From the IMG/VR virus record IMGVR_UViG_3300021964_000012, positions 186,001 through 250,000 of that record: 64,000 bases of DNA. One strand, written 5' to 3'. The position numbers were made by a program, and so were the translations under genes. Within the stretch, counting starts at the first letter, position 1. Each line of letters starts with the position of its first letter. Positions 8,595-17,256 of this stretch are shown here, piece after piece. A model generated the notes under the pieces. It worked only from the letters and a program-made list of their open reading frames with translations. It did not search any database and was not told the DNA's origin.

Positions 8595-8602
8595 GTCAAC
8601 AG

Positions 8603-8881
8603 TTATCTACTCTCTAAATTTTTAATTCGTTTTTCTAGTAGATCAATCTTCTTTGTGATTTTTGGATAACGTTTACGCCACAAGTCTTCTGGCTCTTGTA
8701 ACCATGTCCATCCATACTTTTGTGCAATGTTCTCCATGAAGGTGTCAAACTTACTCACTGCCCATATTGCCATACGTGTATCTTTGAACCAAAACAAAAA
8801 TGCCGCACCTGCTAAACTTCCTACTATGCCAGTATATATCCAAAGTCTATCACTTGCCATACGTTCTATCATTTCCCACAT
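8603..8881 (-). CDS. Small single-TM hypothetical protein
   Basis: LWIYTGIVGSLAGAAFLFWF followed by a basic coiled-coil tail. Confidence 0.55.
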   Translation of the reverse strand: MWEMIERMASDRLWIYTGIVGSLAGAAFLFWFKDTRMAIWAVSKFDTFMENIAQKYGWTWLQEPEDLWRKRYPKITKKIDLLEKRIKNLESR

Positions 8882-8890
8882 ATCATTCTC

Positions 8891-9247
8891 CTATTTGTAA
8901 AGTATTGGATCCCAATCTTTATTATCTTGTTCTTTGTATTTACAGATTCTGTCAGACATTATTTGATAGTAACTATCAATCTCGCCTCCCCATTTACCAA
9001 CAAGATGTTCTAGTGCTTGTTCGCAAAAAGTAAAGTTACCTTTTTGATAATTTTCATAAAACTTAATGTGTAGGTTTGCATACTCATTGATTTTATTGAT
9101 TTCTGATACGGGAATTTTTTCAATTAGACAGTATGCAGTTGTAGCAGGAAGATCTGGATTGCTTTTAAACTTCATGTCTTCTAAAGGCAGTACTGTATAC
9201 TTTGACTTCATTGCTTCTGCATTGTCTTTGCCAATAATTATGTTCAT
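8891..9247 (-). CDS. Stand-alone helical domain resembling the C-terminal TPR-like tail of class III adenylate cyclases
   Basis: FYENYQKGNF..C...L......DSYYQIM.DRI..Y......WD pattern. RBS GAAGGAG 6 nt upstream. Confidence 0.45.
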   Translation of the reverse strand: MNIIIGKDNAEAMKSKYTVLPLEDMKFKSNPDLPATTAYCLIEKIPVSEINKINEYANLHIKFYENYQKGNFTFCEQALEHLVGKWGGEIDSYYQIMSDRICKYKEQDNKDWDPILYK

Positions 9248-9276
9248 CCATGTCTCCTTCGTTAAGTATAGTTATA

Positions 9277-10071
9277 ATGAAAATACACTTTGATTTAATT
9301 TCTGATCTACATGTAGATACTTGGGATGAAGAATTCACCTGGGAAGGAAAAGCCACCAGCCTGTATGCCGTTGTAGCCGGAGATATCAGCAGAGATAGAT
9401 CCAAGTTACGTCCAGTGCTTGAGGAGATCAGCAAGCACTATCTTATGACCATGTTTGTTGATGGAAACGATGAACATAGATGGACCATGGATAATTTAGC
9501 TGAAAGTTATAAAACACTAAAACAAGAATTAACTGGTATTCCTAATTTTATTTGGCTACAAGATGACTCTTTAGTGATAGATAATATAGGATTTATTGGG
9601 ACCAACGGTTGGACAAGTTTTGATTTTGCAGAGGACAATTCCTATCTTGAAAATAAAAAATGGATGGAACAGACATATAAAATAAGCATGTTTGCTGGAC
9701 AACAAATTGAAGCAATGGCAATGCAAGATGCAGGTTTCTTGGTCAAGACTGTTGAAAGGCTGCAAAGACATCCTGATGTAAAAAAGATTGTTGTGGTATC
9801 TCATTTTGTTCCTAATGTAAATCTAATCAACCATGACACACAATTAGTTAACCAACCAAGTAGACTTAACACAACTGGTAATAGTTTTTTACTGAGATGT
9901 CTTGAAGAAGATCATGAACATAAAATTGATACATGGTGTTTTGGACACTATCACAGTGACGTTGATAGAGTTTTAAACGGTGTAAGGTATGTGAATAATT
10001 GTCGTGGTCGAGGTGGGACTAACTGGTGCAAACCAGTTTATTATCCTAAACGTATTGAAATTGGTTTTTAA
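9277..10071 (+). CDS. Calcineurin-like metallophosphoesterase
   Basis: DLH (ISDLHVD), AGD, GNDEH, SH and FGHYH motifs. Start moved to MKIHF. Confidence 0.85.
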   Translation: MKIHFDLISDLHVDTWDEEFTWEGKATSLYAVVAGDISRDRSKLRPVLEEISKHYLMTMFVDGNDEHRWTMDNLAESYKTLKQELTGIPNFIWLQDDSLVIDNIGFIGTNGWTSFDFAEDNSYLENKKWMEQTYKISMFAGQQIEAMAMQDAGFLVKTVERLQRHPDVKKIVVVSHFVPNVNLINHDTQLVNQPSRLNTTGNSFLLRCLEEDHEHKIDTWCFGHYHSDVDRVLNGVRYVNNCRGRGGTNWCKPVYYPKRIEIGF

Positions 10072-10373
10072 AGATCAGGTTCTAGTTTAACCTGCAAAGG
10101 AAAACCTTTGCTTCTAGCACACACTGTCACTTCTACGCCTTTTTGTTCAGCCATTTCATAAGGAAGTACTGCAACCACTGCACTGCCTTTTTCATGAATG
10201 TCTACAGTAATTTTTTCAGCAGTTGTTGGTGTATAATGAAAAATGTCAACAAGTGTTTCGATAACAAATTCCATTGCAGTTTTATCGTCGTTGACATAGA
10301 TCAACTTGAATAAGTGTGGTTCAGCTAGGGTAGTGCTTATTTCGGTTTTAACACTGGAATCTGGACTTGTCAT
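10068..10373 (-). CDS. clpS: ATP-dependent Clp protease adaptor ClpS
   Basis: NDDKTAMEFVIETL, IHEKGSAVVAV, YEMAEQK and FPLQVKLEP. Confidence 0.92.
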   Translation of the reverse strand: MTSPDSSVKTEISTTLAEPHLFKLIYVNDDKTAMEFVIETLVDIFHYTPTTAEKITVDIHEKGSAVVAVLPYEMAEQKGVEVTVCARSKGFPLQVKLEPDL

Positions 10374-10391
10374 GTATTTTCCTATTGTTGC

Positions 10392-10417
10392 TTAGTAGAG
10401 GGGAGACCCTCTACTAA
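10392..10417 (-). terminator. Intrinsic terminator/hairpin after hsp20
   Basis: TTAGTAGAGGG-GAGA-CCCTCTACTAA, an 11-bp stem. Confidence 0.7.
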
Positions 10418-10430
10418 TACTTATCTTTGG

Positions 10431-10874
10431 TTATTTGATTTCAATAGTTTTTGGCTTGAGGGCATCTGGAATGATTTTTTCTAAATGGATACTTAATACT
10501 CCATTTTTCATTTCTGCACTTTTTACTTCCACATACTCTGCAAGATTAAAAGTTCTTGTAAAGTTACGTCCTGAAAGTCCTCTGTGTAGATATTCAATTC
10601 CGTTTGCTTCATCTTCACCGTCAATCTTCTTAGGTTGGTTACCTGTGATTGTCAGTGTGCCATTTTCCATTTCTATCGTCATGTCTGCTTTTTCAAAACC
10701 AGCGGCCGCAATTTCTATGGTATAATTGTAATCATTCTCTCTGATGATATTATATGGCGGATAGTTCTGTGAACTTGTCATTTCAAAATTTGATGTGATT
10801 CTATCAAATAAAGAATCAAATCCAACAGCGTTACGATAAAAAGGGGTTAAGTCGAGTGAGGTTATTCTTGTCAT
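10431..10874 (-). CDS. Small heat-shock protein (Hsp20/IbpA type)
   Basis: GFD, NYPPYNI, EIAAAGF, YLHRGLSGRNFTRTFNLAEYVEV and NGVLSI.LE. Confidence 0.95.
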   Translation of the reverse strand: MTRITSLDLTPFYRNAVGFDSLFDRITSNFEMTSSQNYPPYNIIRENDYNYTIEIAAAGFEKADMTIEMENGTLTITGNQPKKIDGEDEANGIEYLHRGLSGRNFTRTFNLAEYVEVKSAEMKNGVLSIHLEKIIPDALKPKTIEIK

Positions 10875-10932
10875 TTTTATTTCTCCTATTAAAGCAAGAT
10901 TAAAATGTAAGTCCTATTAAGCAACTTACAAT
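10875..10932 (-). ncRNA. ROSE-like RNA thermometer (two tandem UUGCU...AGGA hairpins)
   Basis: The SD hairpin is UCUUGCU-UUAAU-AGGAGA with a bulged G. The upstream hairpin UGUAAGU/ACUUACA encloses UGCUUAAUAGG. Confidence 0.75.
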
Positions 10933-10934
10933 AT

Positions 10935-10965
10935 TATTTATACACGGAATAAGGTATGCTGTCAA
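10935..10965 (-). promoter_or_regulatory. Composite sigma70 (TTGACA-17-TATAAA) and late (TATAAATA) promoter of hsp20
   Basis: -35 at 10960-10965 and -10 at 10937-10942, overlapping TATAAATA at 10935-10942. Confidence 0.75.
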
Positions 10966-10980
10966 TAAAAAAGGTAAAAA

Positions 10981-11019
10981 AAAGTTGCTAGGATAAAAAC
11001 AAAAATACCTAGCAACTTT
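10981..11019 (-). terminator. Intrinsic terminator after the FG-GAP gene
   Basis: 12-bp inverted repeat AAAGTTGCTAGG/CCTAGCAACTTT with a following U-tract on the minus strand. Confidence 0.75.
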
Positions 11020-11057
11020 ATAGTTAGAGGGATAGGAGTCCCTTTGTCAAATTTTGA

Positions 11058-13418
11058 TTAGAATGTCCAAGTATAATTGATACTTGCATTCTTATCACCG
11101 CTTTGACTTACGGCACCACCTACCTTAATCTTAGTATTAGTATCTAAGTTAAAGTTGTAGTTTGCTTTCAAGTAACCATTTATGTTTGTTGGTAACTTGA
11201 ATTTGTGTTCAGTGTAGTTAAGGTTGCCTGTTGAATCAACACTAGTAGGCACATTAGCAGTAACATCACCGTTTAGTAACACAGGATGTACACCAGCACC
11301 TAAGTCTAAGTTGCCTTGCTTGTATCCAAGCTCCCCCCATATACCAAATTGATCACTAACTTTTGTTATTAAACCTTTTTGGAAGTTTGTTTTAACATGC
11401 ATGGCACTTGCTCTTGCAGTAAAGCTACCTTTCTTGTATGTAACAACATTGTCAACAATGTTAGTGTTATCAACTTCACCCCATATGCCTGAGAAACCAA
11501 TCCATGGATTGCTATTCAACTTTGACAGATGCACACTGTAAGTTGTTCCATTGCCAGTTACTGCATTAGCATTGGTCCACATGTTTTGTCCTAGTGTGAA
11601 CTGTTGTGTTTTTGTATCGGCGCCAGCAATAACACCATTTTCAGTTGTAGTATTAAAACTAGAGATACTGTTGAACATTGTTGCACCATCAGAATCAATA
11701 TTTGTTTGTGCAAGGTTAACTGCATAGTTTCTTCCTATGCCGTCAAGTGCTTGACCAGTAACATCACCAATGTCAAATCCGTATACACTACCATTAAGTT
11801 TTAAACCGTTCATGGTAAGTGTGCCAATTGGTTGGAATGCTTTGTTGATATCAATTATTGTACCACCAGCAAATGATTGACCTGTATCAGTAAGTGCTTG
11901 AGCAGCTTGTGCATCACTTAGGTAACTCCAAGAATTTTGTATCATATTGATCGCAGTTCCTGCGGCTATTGTAGTTCCATCTAGCCTACTCATAAAAAAC
12001 GTAAGTTTATTATCATTACTGTCTCCGCCACCGGCACTGTTTGCCCATGTTACAAGATACTTGTAACCATCATCTGCTTGAAAAATGTTTACAGTACTAC
12101 CATTTATATCAGTCAAACCATTGGAAGTAGCAATTGATCTAACATCTGTCATAAAGTTAGTGAGTATGTTTTGATAAGCCGCAACGTATTTGTTATCAGA
12201 TGTTTTTAACAAAAACTGGTGACTGTTGTGTGGATTGTTCATAGTACTTGAATCACCACCACTGACCAATATGTCTGTTTTACCATCACCGTTAATATCA
12301 AAGAACCTTGGTTTATATGTACTTGAAGTATTGTTTTGATAACCAATTAGTGTAGAGCTTGTTGTATCAGTAAACACTCCACTACCGTTGTTTTGCATAA
12401 ACTGTATTTCGCTTAATTTGTCATCACCATTGTTTACTTTTTTGCTGAATACAATAACGTCTGCATATCCATCTTCATTAAAGTCGTGGTTGGCAATTTC
12501 AACACTATGATCTATACCGCTGGTACTAAATGCTGGAAGGTCTCTTTCATGTGTAAATTTAAGTACACCGCCTGTCCAGTCAACACTGTACATTTTAGTT
12601 GTGTTACTATCACTGCAAGTGCCGCTTACTACTGCACACTGAGCATCAGTAAGTATTACCTCATTGTTGTTACCGTTGTTCATAAAATTGCCTATTGCAA
12701 CTGCTGAACCACCGTATCTGAGATCACCTGTATTGCCTAATGCATCAACGTGTGTGGTAAATCCATTCACTTGGTTGTTGAGTGCAATAGTTGTATTTTT
12801 ATTTTTTAGATCCGGCATGATAATATCAATATAACCATCATTGTTCAAGTCACCAACATCACTACCATGTGACCAAACGTCTAAGGTTGGAATACTAACT
12901 TTGGTAAAGTTTGATCCATTATTAGTAAAGAAGGTAGCAGGACCAAAGTGTCTCATATCAGTACTGTGCGAAACAAACATATCTTTTCTGCCAGTTTTAA
13001 AGAAGTCAGCAAAATGAACATTAGGCTCTGTGCCCATTATTTCATTGTCGGTACCTGAAAACCACTGTGCAGTCTTATCAACCAATGAACCATTTTCAAA
13101 AGACAGCATGCTTAGTTTAGTGTTGCTCCATGTACCAGCTGTAGCAGGTTGTGTCTTCCTACCAGCAACTATAAAATCATCTGCATAACCATCACCATCA
13201 ATATCTTCTACAAATGTGTCACCAACGAACCATGCATTATCGTTACCACCTGCCATTGGATCAACTGTTACTTGTTGAACTGGCGGGGTATAATATAAGA
13301 CTGGACTTGGAGGATTTGGTGTGTAACCACCTCCGCCACCACCACCACCTCCGCCACAAGCGGAAAGAGCAGTTGCACCTAGTAGTGCGGCCACTATTCG
13401 AGTGTTTTGTTTTATCAT
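11058..13418 (-). CDS. Lipoprotein with FG-GAP/VCBS beta-propeller and C-terminal autotransporter-like beta-barrel
   Basis: Lipobox LSA-C, then Gly10. About six DxxxDGxxD repeats (DIDGDGYADD, DLNNDGYID, DFNEDGYAD, DINGDGKTD). Amphipathic C-terminal strands ending NYTWTF. Confidence 0.75.
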   Translation of the reverse strand: MIKQNTRIVAALLGATALSACGGGGGGGGGGYTPNPPSPVLYYTPPVQQVTVDPMAGGNDNAWFVGDTFVEDIDGDGYADDFIVAGRKTQPATAGTWSNTKLSMLSFENGSLVDKTAQWFSGTDNEIMGTEPNVHFADFFKTGRKDMFVSHSTDMRHFGPATFFTNNGSNFTKVSIPTLDVWSHGSDVGDLNNDGYIDIIMPDLKNKNTTIALNNQVNGFTTHVDALGNTGDLRYGGSAVAIGNFMNNGNNNEVILTDAQCAVVSGTCSDSNTTKMYSVDWTGGVLKFTHERDLPAFSTSGIDHSVEIANHDFNEDGYADVIVFSKKVNNGDDKLSEIQFMQNNGSGVFTDTTSSTLIGYQNNTSSTYKPRFFDINGDGKTDILVSGGDSSTMNNPHNSHQFLLKTSDNKYVAAYQNILTNFMTDVRSIATSNGLTDINGSTVNIFQADDGYKYLVTWANSAGGGDSNDNKLTFFMSRLDGTTIAAGTAINMIQNSWSYLSDAQAAQALTDTGQSFAGGTIIDINKAFQPIGTLTMNGLKLNGSVYGFDIGDVTGQALDGIGRNYAVNLAQTNIDSDGATMFNSISSFNTTTENGVIAGADTKTQQFTLGQNMWTNANAVTGNGTTYSVHLSKLNSNPWIGFSGIWGEVDNTNIVDNVVTYKKGSFTARASAMHVKTNFQKGLITKVSDQFGIWGELGYKQGNLDLGAGVHPVLLNGDVTANVPTSVDSTGNLNYTEHKFKLPTNINGYLKANYNFNLDTNTKIKVGGAVSQSGDKNASINYTWTF

Positions 13419-13450
13419 TGTAAAGTCTCCTATTCTCTAACAATATAAAC

Positions 13451-13478
13451 ACTATAGCATGCTATTTAGAACTGTCAA
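13451..13478 (-). promoter_or_regulatory. sigma70-type promoter (TTGACA-16-TATAGT, extended TG) with a 12-bp palindrome ATAGCATGCTAT in the spacer
   Basis: Read directly. The palindrome is at 13454-13465; a partial copy GCATGCTA at 13502-13509 overlaps the divergent late promoter. Confidence 0.65.
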
Positions 13479-13519
13479 CCTTTTTTATTATTGCATGGCA
13501 GGCATGCTAAATACATATA

Positions 13520-13563
13520 CGTTCACCCAAGAGGGCGGAAGTAGGCAATCGCTGAAGGAACGC
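13520..13563 (+). ncRNA. Glutamine riboswitch (glnA-motif class)
   Basis: CGUUC-A-[CCC AAGA GGG]-CGGAAGUA-[GGC AAUC GCU]-GAAG-GAACG-C. The P1/P2/P3 three-way junction has the conserved GGAAGUA and GAA E-loop strands. Confidence 0.85.
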
Positions 13564-13588
13564 ACTTAACCTTAAAAGGGAGAGTGTA

Positions 13589-13834
13589 ATGACAAACATA
13601 ATCGAAACTAAATTTGGTACCTTGGTTAATACAAAAAAGGTAGCCGCAGGAAGTGCATCTAGTATAAAAAAATCTGGTGCGTTTTATAGTTTTTCAATAA
13701 AAATAGCAAATGATGATATAAGAGAATACTCATTTACGGATCTTGCAAGAGCTCAGTATATGAGAACAATTATGATTGGTCATTTAGAAGAAAAAATTAA
13801 AAACGAAACTAAGAGTATTTCTAAAACTGCCTAG
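13589..13834 (+). CDS. Hypothetical 81-aa protein under glutamine-riboswitch control
   Basis: RBS GGGAGAG; directly follows the riboswitch; TAAATA promoter at 13508-13513. Confidence 0.7.
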   Translation: MTNIIETKFGTLVNTKKVAAGSASSIKKSGAFYSFSIKIANDDIREYSFTDLARAQYMRTIMIGHLEEKIKNETKSISKTA

Positions 13835-15045
13835 GCTGCTAATTTTAGTGGTTTCTTAACGAGGCCTGGAGTTATAACTACTTCGGTAATATCCTGTTTA
13901 GCATATTCTTTTAGGCTAAACATATGCGGCATCAATATACGTTCAAGCTCGGCTTGCAAACTTCTTGCTCCAGTTTTACGTGTTGCCGCATTTTTTGCGA
14001 TTTCAAGCAGTGCTTCATCGCTAAATTTTAATTTTACACCATCACATTCAAACAGATAGGTATATTGATCAATTAAACTGTTTTTAATTCCAGTAAGCAC
14101 ATATACCAACTGTTTTTCTGAAAGTTCTTTCAAACCTACCCATGTTGGAAAACGTCCTACAAATTCGGGAATCATACCAAACTTTACCAAATCATCTGGC
14201 TCCATATTATCAAGTTCACCTTCTGCATTTGTTTTAACATCAACACCAAAACCTATTCCAGAACCTTCAGCACGTCTTTTGATAACATCATTAATACCAA
14301 CAAAGGCGCCACCAGCAATAAAAAGTATATTTGTTGTATCAATATCTATCATTTCAGCCTGTGGATTTTTCCGACTAGCATTTTGTGCAGGAACTCTACA
14401 AACAGTTCCTTCTACCACTTTCAACAATGCTTGTTGAACGCCTTCTCCACTTACATCACGTGTAATGCTTGTGTTTTCACTTTTGCGAGCGATTTTATCA
14501 ATCTCGTCTAAAAATATTATACCTCTTTGGCATTTTTCAACATTACCACCAGCATTGCTTAATAATTTTCCAATCAGTGACTCAACATCATCACCTACAT
14601 AACCAGCTTCAGTAATACTTGTTGCATCAGTGACTGCAAACGGCACATCTAGATACCTTGCTACTGACTTTGCTAATAGTGTTTTACCACAACCAGTTGG
14701 ACCAAGGAGCAGAACGTTTGCTTTATCTAGTTCTAGATCTTTTGATTTGTTTTGTATTCTTTTGTAATGGTTTGCCACTGCAACACTTAGAACTGTTTTA
14801 GCGGATTCTTGTCCTATTACATATTTGTCTAAAAATGCTTTTAATTCGGTTGGATCAATGTCTTTGAATTTTACTGAATCAACTGTTTCTTTTGTAAGAG
14901 ATTTTAGTAAGTCGCCACATAGGTCTACACATTCGTTACAAATAGCAACTCTATCACCTACAATAAGTTTATTAACTTTATCTTTTTCTTTATTGCAAAA
15001 ATCACATCGATTGTATTGTTGTTTTTGTTCTTCGTCCATGGTCAT
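13831..15045 (-). CDS. clpX: ATP-dependent Clp protease ATPase subunit ClpX
   Basis: C4 zinc domain (CDFC...ICNECVDLC), Walker A GPTGCGKT, FLDEIDKI, RDVSGEGVQQALLK, IGF loop and GARSL. Confidence 0.95.
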   Translation of the reverse strand: MTMDEEQKQQYNRCDFCNKEKDKVNKLIVGDRVAICNECVDLCGDLLKSLTKETVDSVKFKDIDPTELKAFLDKYVIGQESAKTVLSVAVANHYKRIQNKSKDLELDKANVLLLGPTGCGKTLLAKSVARYLDVPFAVTDATSITEAGYVGDDVESLIGKLLSNAGGNVEKCQRGIIFLDEIDKIARKSENTSITRDVSGEGVQQALLKVVEGTVCRVPAQNASRKNPQAEMIDIDTTNILFIAGGAFVGINDVIKRRAEGSGIGFGVDVKTNAEGELDNMEPDDLVKFGMIPEFVGRFPTWVGLKELSEKQLVYVLTGIKNSLIDQYTYLFECDGVKLKFSDEALLEIAKNAATRKTGARSLQAELERILMPHMFSLKEYAKQDITEVVITPGLVKKPLKLAA

Positions 15046-17249
15046 TATAGATCCTGACTTTTTAGTTGACTTTCTATTTGTAATCTTTCTGCATCTGTAA
15101 GTAAATCAGGATCATATTCGCCTGACCCTAGTTTGTCTATAAGATATTGTACATAGTCTGGATTGTTGGCGAATGTATCAGAGTTATTCTTGTCAATTTG
15201 GATCCAGTTTGTACCATTCCATCTATACAGTTTGCTTGGCAAGTTATCAACTCTTACAAATGTGTCACCTTTGATTGGATCTGGAGGGAAGGTTGTTCCA
15301 AAATCTGATTTGGTATATTGATTTAATTCGTCTTCTGATGCTTCTATAAATTTTTGCCAAGGAACTTCGTCAATCAACCCTTGTGATTCCATTGCTTCTT
15401 GATTTTTCAATGTATCTTCTGGATTCAAACGTTTCCATATACGTTTTGCACGTTTTTCTGGATTATTAGGGTCGTTTATATCTTCTTCTATTGCTTGTGT
15501 TTCTTCTGTAATATGACTGTCTATGTCACGATTTATTTCTTCTTGGATTTGAGTATCTTCTTTGTTTTCAATTTCTTGCCAATTGTAAATATTTGCACCT
15601 TCATTGCTTATTTCAGGCTCACTAATTTTTTCTATCTCTTCTTCAATTTCTGGATTAGGAACATACTCATGATCATAGTCTATTTTTTCTTCTTTAATAG
15701 CAGGATCAGGTAAGACTATGTGTTCAACATGCAGTGTGCGGTTTAGGGTTTTATTATCTTGCTTAGGCTCTTCAGTATCGACTCCAGTTTCTCCTCCATC
15801 AGACTTATCCTCGCCTCCAGTCTTATCAGGCTCTTCATCTGCTGGTCCATCCTCAACTGTTGGTTCTGGTTCTGGTTCTTGTTCTTGTTCTTTTTGAACT
15901 TGTTCAGTCTCCTCAACCGGCAGTGGGCTCGGCACTTCTTCAGGAGTCTCAACGGCAGACACTTTTGTTTCTTGTTTAACAATATTATTGGCATATTTTT
16001 CCTCTCTACGCCATGCAAACGTTTCTGTTGCGGCTAGTAACATCATTATTGCAAGGGGATCAAATACTGCTACGATTAGTATTATGACCCAACGTACTGC
16101 CGCCTCGAGCAAATTCTGGTCAGGATTATCACCGTAGATTAACTGGGCTATGTATTTAACTGGGCCAACTTCTGCTTCAAACTGTCTATATTGTTTTTCA
16201 AAAACAAACTTTTCTTCACGTAGTCCATCTATTTCTGGTTGAATATTTTCTATGTTGAGTTCAAGTTCTTTAATTCTTGCATCAACATTTTTATTACTGC
16301 TTCCTGCTTCAATTGTATACTTGGCAATATTTGCATTAGCACTTTCTATAGTGTCGTTAATACTTGCACGTATCTTGGCTACATTTTGTTCAACACCTTT
16401 GATTTGTCCTGCCAAACGTTTGTTTATGTTTGTAATCTCACGTTGTACTCGACTTGCTACACCAATTTCGTTTTGTTTTGCTTGTTGTATTGTTCGAGCT
16501 AGTTCATCACGTTCAGGTTTTTGTTGAGCTCTAAGTTGGTTACCTTTTTTAACATTGTCTATATCAGCGGTAAAAACACCACCTTTGACTGTGCCCTGCG
16601 AAGTATAGGCGGCAACATCTTTATCAAGTTGCGCCAATCGTTTTTCTGCAAGGTTGATATCTGCTTGAGTACGTTTCTGTGCATCACTAAGTCTTTTGTT
16701 TTGTTGCTCTACTTCAACAGCGGCCTGTTCTCTAAAGCCTTTAATTTTTGCATTTTCTTGATCTATCTGTGGTTGTATACGTATATTTGCATTTTTGATA
16801 CGATCTTGTTCTCTTAAAATCAAACCATCTATACGTCCAGACGTTTCTCCTCTATTAAGTCTACCAATTTCATCATTCCAACGTTGTACTTTTGCTTGAG
16901 CTCTAACCAGTTTATCATCTATTACTTTTACTTGAGCAATTTGTTCTGTACCCAAAGCACTTTGTTCTATATGACTTTTACTTAAAAAGCCAAATATACC
17001 CATTGATGTAATAAACATCAGTATTCCGACTGCTGGCACAAGATATATCTTCATCACCATTCTAGCACGTTGCCAGTTTTGATGTAACCAAACTGTACAG
17101 GATAGTTTTGCAACTTCAAGTATTCCACCCATAACAATAATAGGCACTACGGCGGCGGCAAAAATTGCAGTCAATCCTATAATACTGTAATAGGCCGCAA
17201 TGCCACTTAAGGCTAGTGCGACAAATAAAATTAGTAATCCTAAAAACAT
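15045..17249 (-). CDS. Membrane-anchored long coiled-coil protein with acidic Pro-rich tail
   Basis: Three N-terminal TM helices, about 270 aa of heptads, a TM (WVIILIVAVFDPLAIMMLLAA), an acidic linker and an FPPDP..GD.FVRVD..P..LYRWNG..W motif. Confidence 0.65.
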   Translation of the reverse strand: MFLGLLILFVALALSGIAAYYSIIGLTAIFAAAVVPIIVMGGILEVAKLSCTVWLHQNWQRARMVMKIYLVPAVGILMFITSMGIFGFLSKSHIEQSALGTEQIAQVKVIDDKLVRAQAKVQRWNDEIGRLNRGETSGRIDGLILREQDRIKNANIRIQPQIDQENAKIKGFREQAAVEVEQQNKRLSDAQKRTQADINLAEKRLAQLDKDVAAYTSQGTVKGGVFTADIDNVKKGNQLRAQQKPERDELARTIQQAKQNEIGVASRVQREITNINKRLAGQIKGVEQNVAKIRASINDTIESANANIAKYTIEAGSSNKNVDARIKELELNIENIQPEIDGLREEKFVFEKQYRQFEAEVGPVKYIAQLIYGDNPDQNLLEAAVRWVIILIVAVFDPLAIMMLLAATETFAWRREEKYANNIVKQETKVSAVETPEEVPSPLPVEETEQVQKEQEQEPEPEPTVEDGPADEEPDKTGGEDKSDGGETGVDTEEPKQDNKTLNRTLHVEHIVLPDPAIKEEKIDYDHEYVPNPEIEEEIEKISEPEISNEGANIYNWQEIENKEDTQIQEEINRDIDSHITEETQAIEEDINDPNNPEKRAKRIWKRLNPEDTLKNQEAMESQGLIDEVPWQKFIEASEDELNQYTKSDFGTTFPPDPIKGDTFVRVDNLPSKLYRWNGTNWIQIDKNNSDTFANNPDYVQYLIDKLGSGEYDPDLLTDAERLQIESQLKSQDL

Positions 17250-17256
17250 GCTGTAT

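Noticed and set aside
13330-13360. Gly10 codon run as a phase-variable tract
   Set aside because: Mixed GGC/GGA/GGT codons and in-frame triplets, typical of a lipoprotein linker. Slippage would not shift the frame.
15860-15895. Hexamer repeats (EQEQEPEPEP)
   Set aside because: Ordinary low-complexity linker within a coding region.
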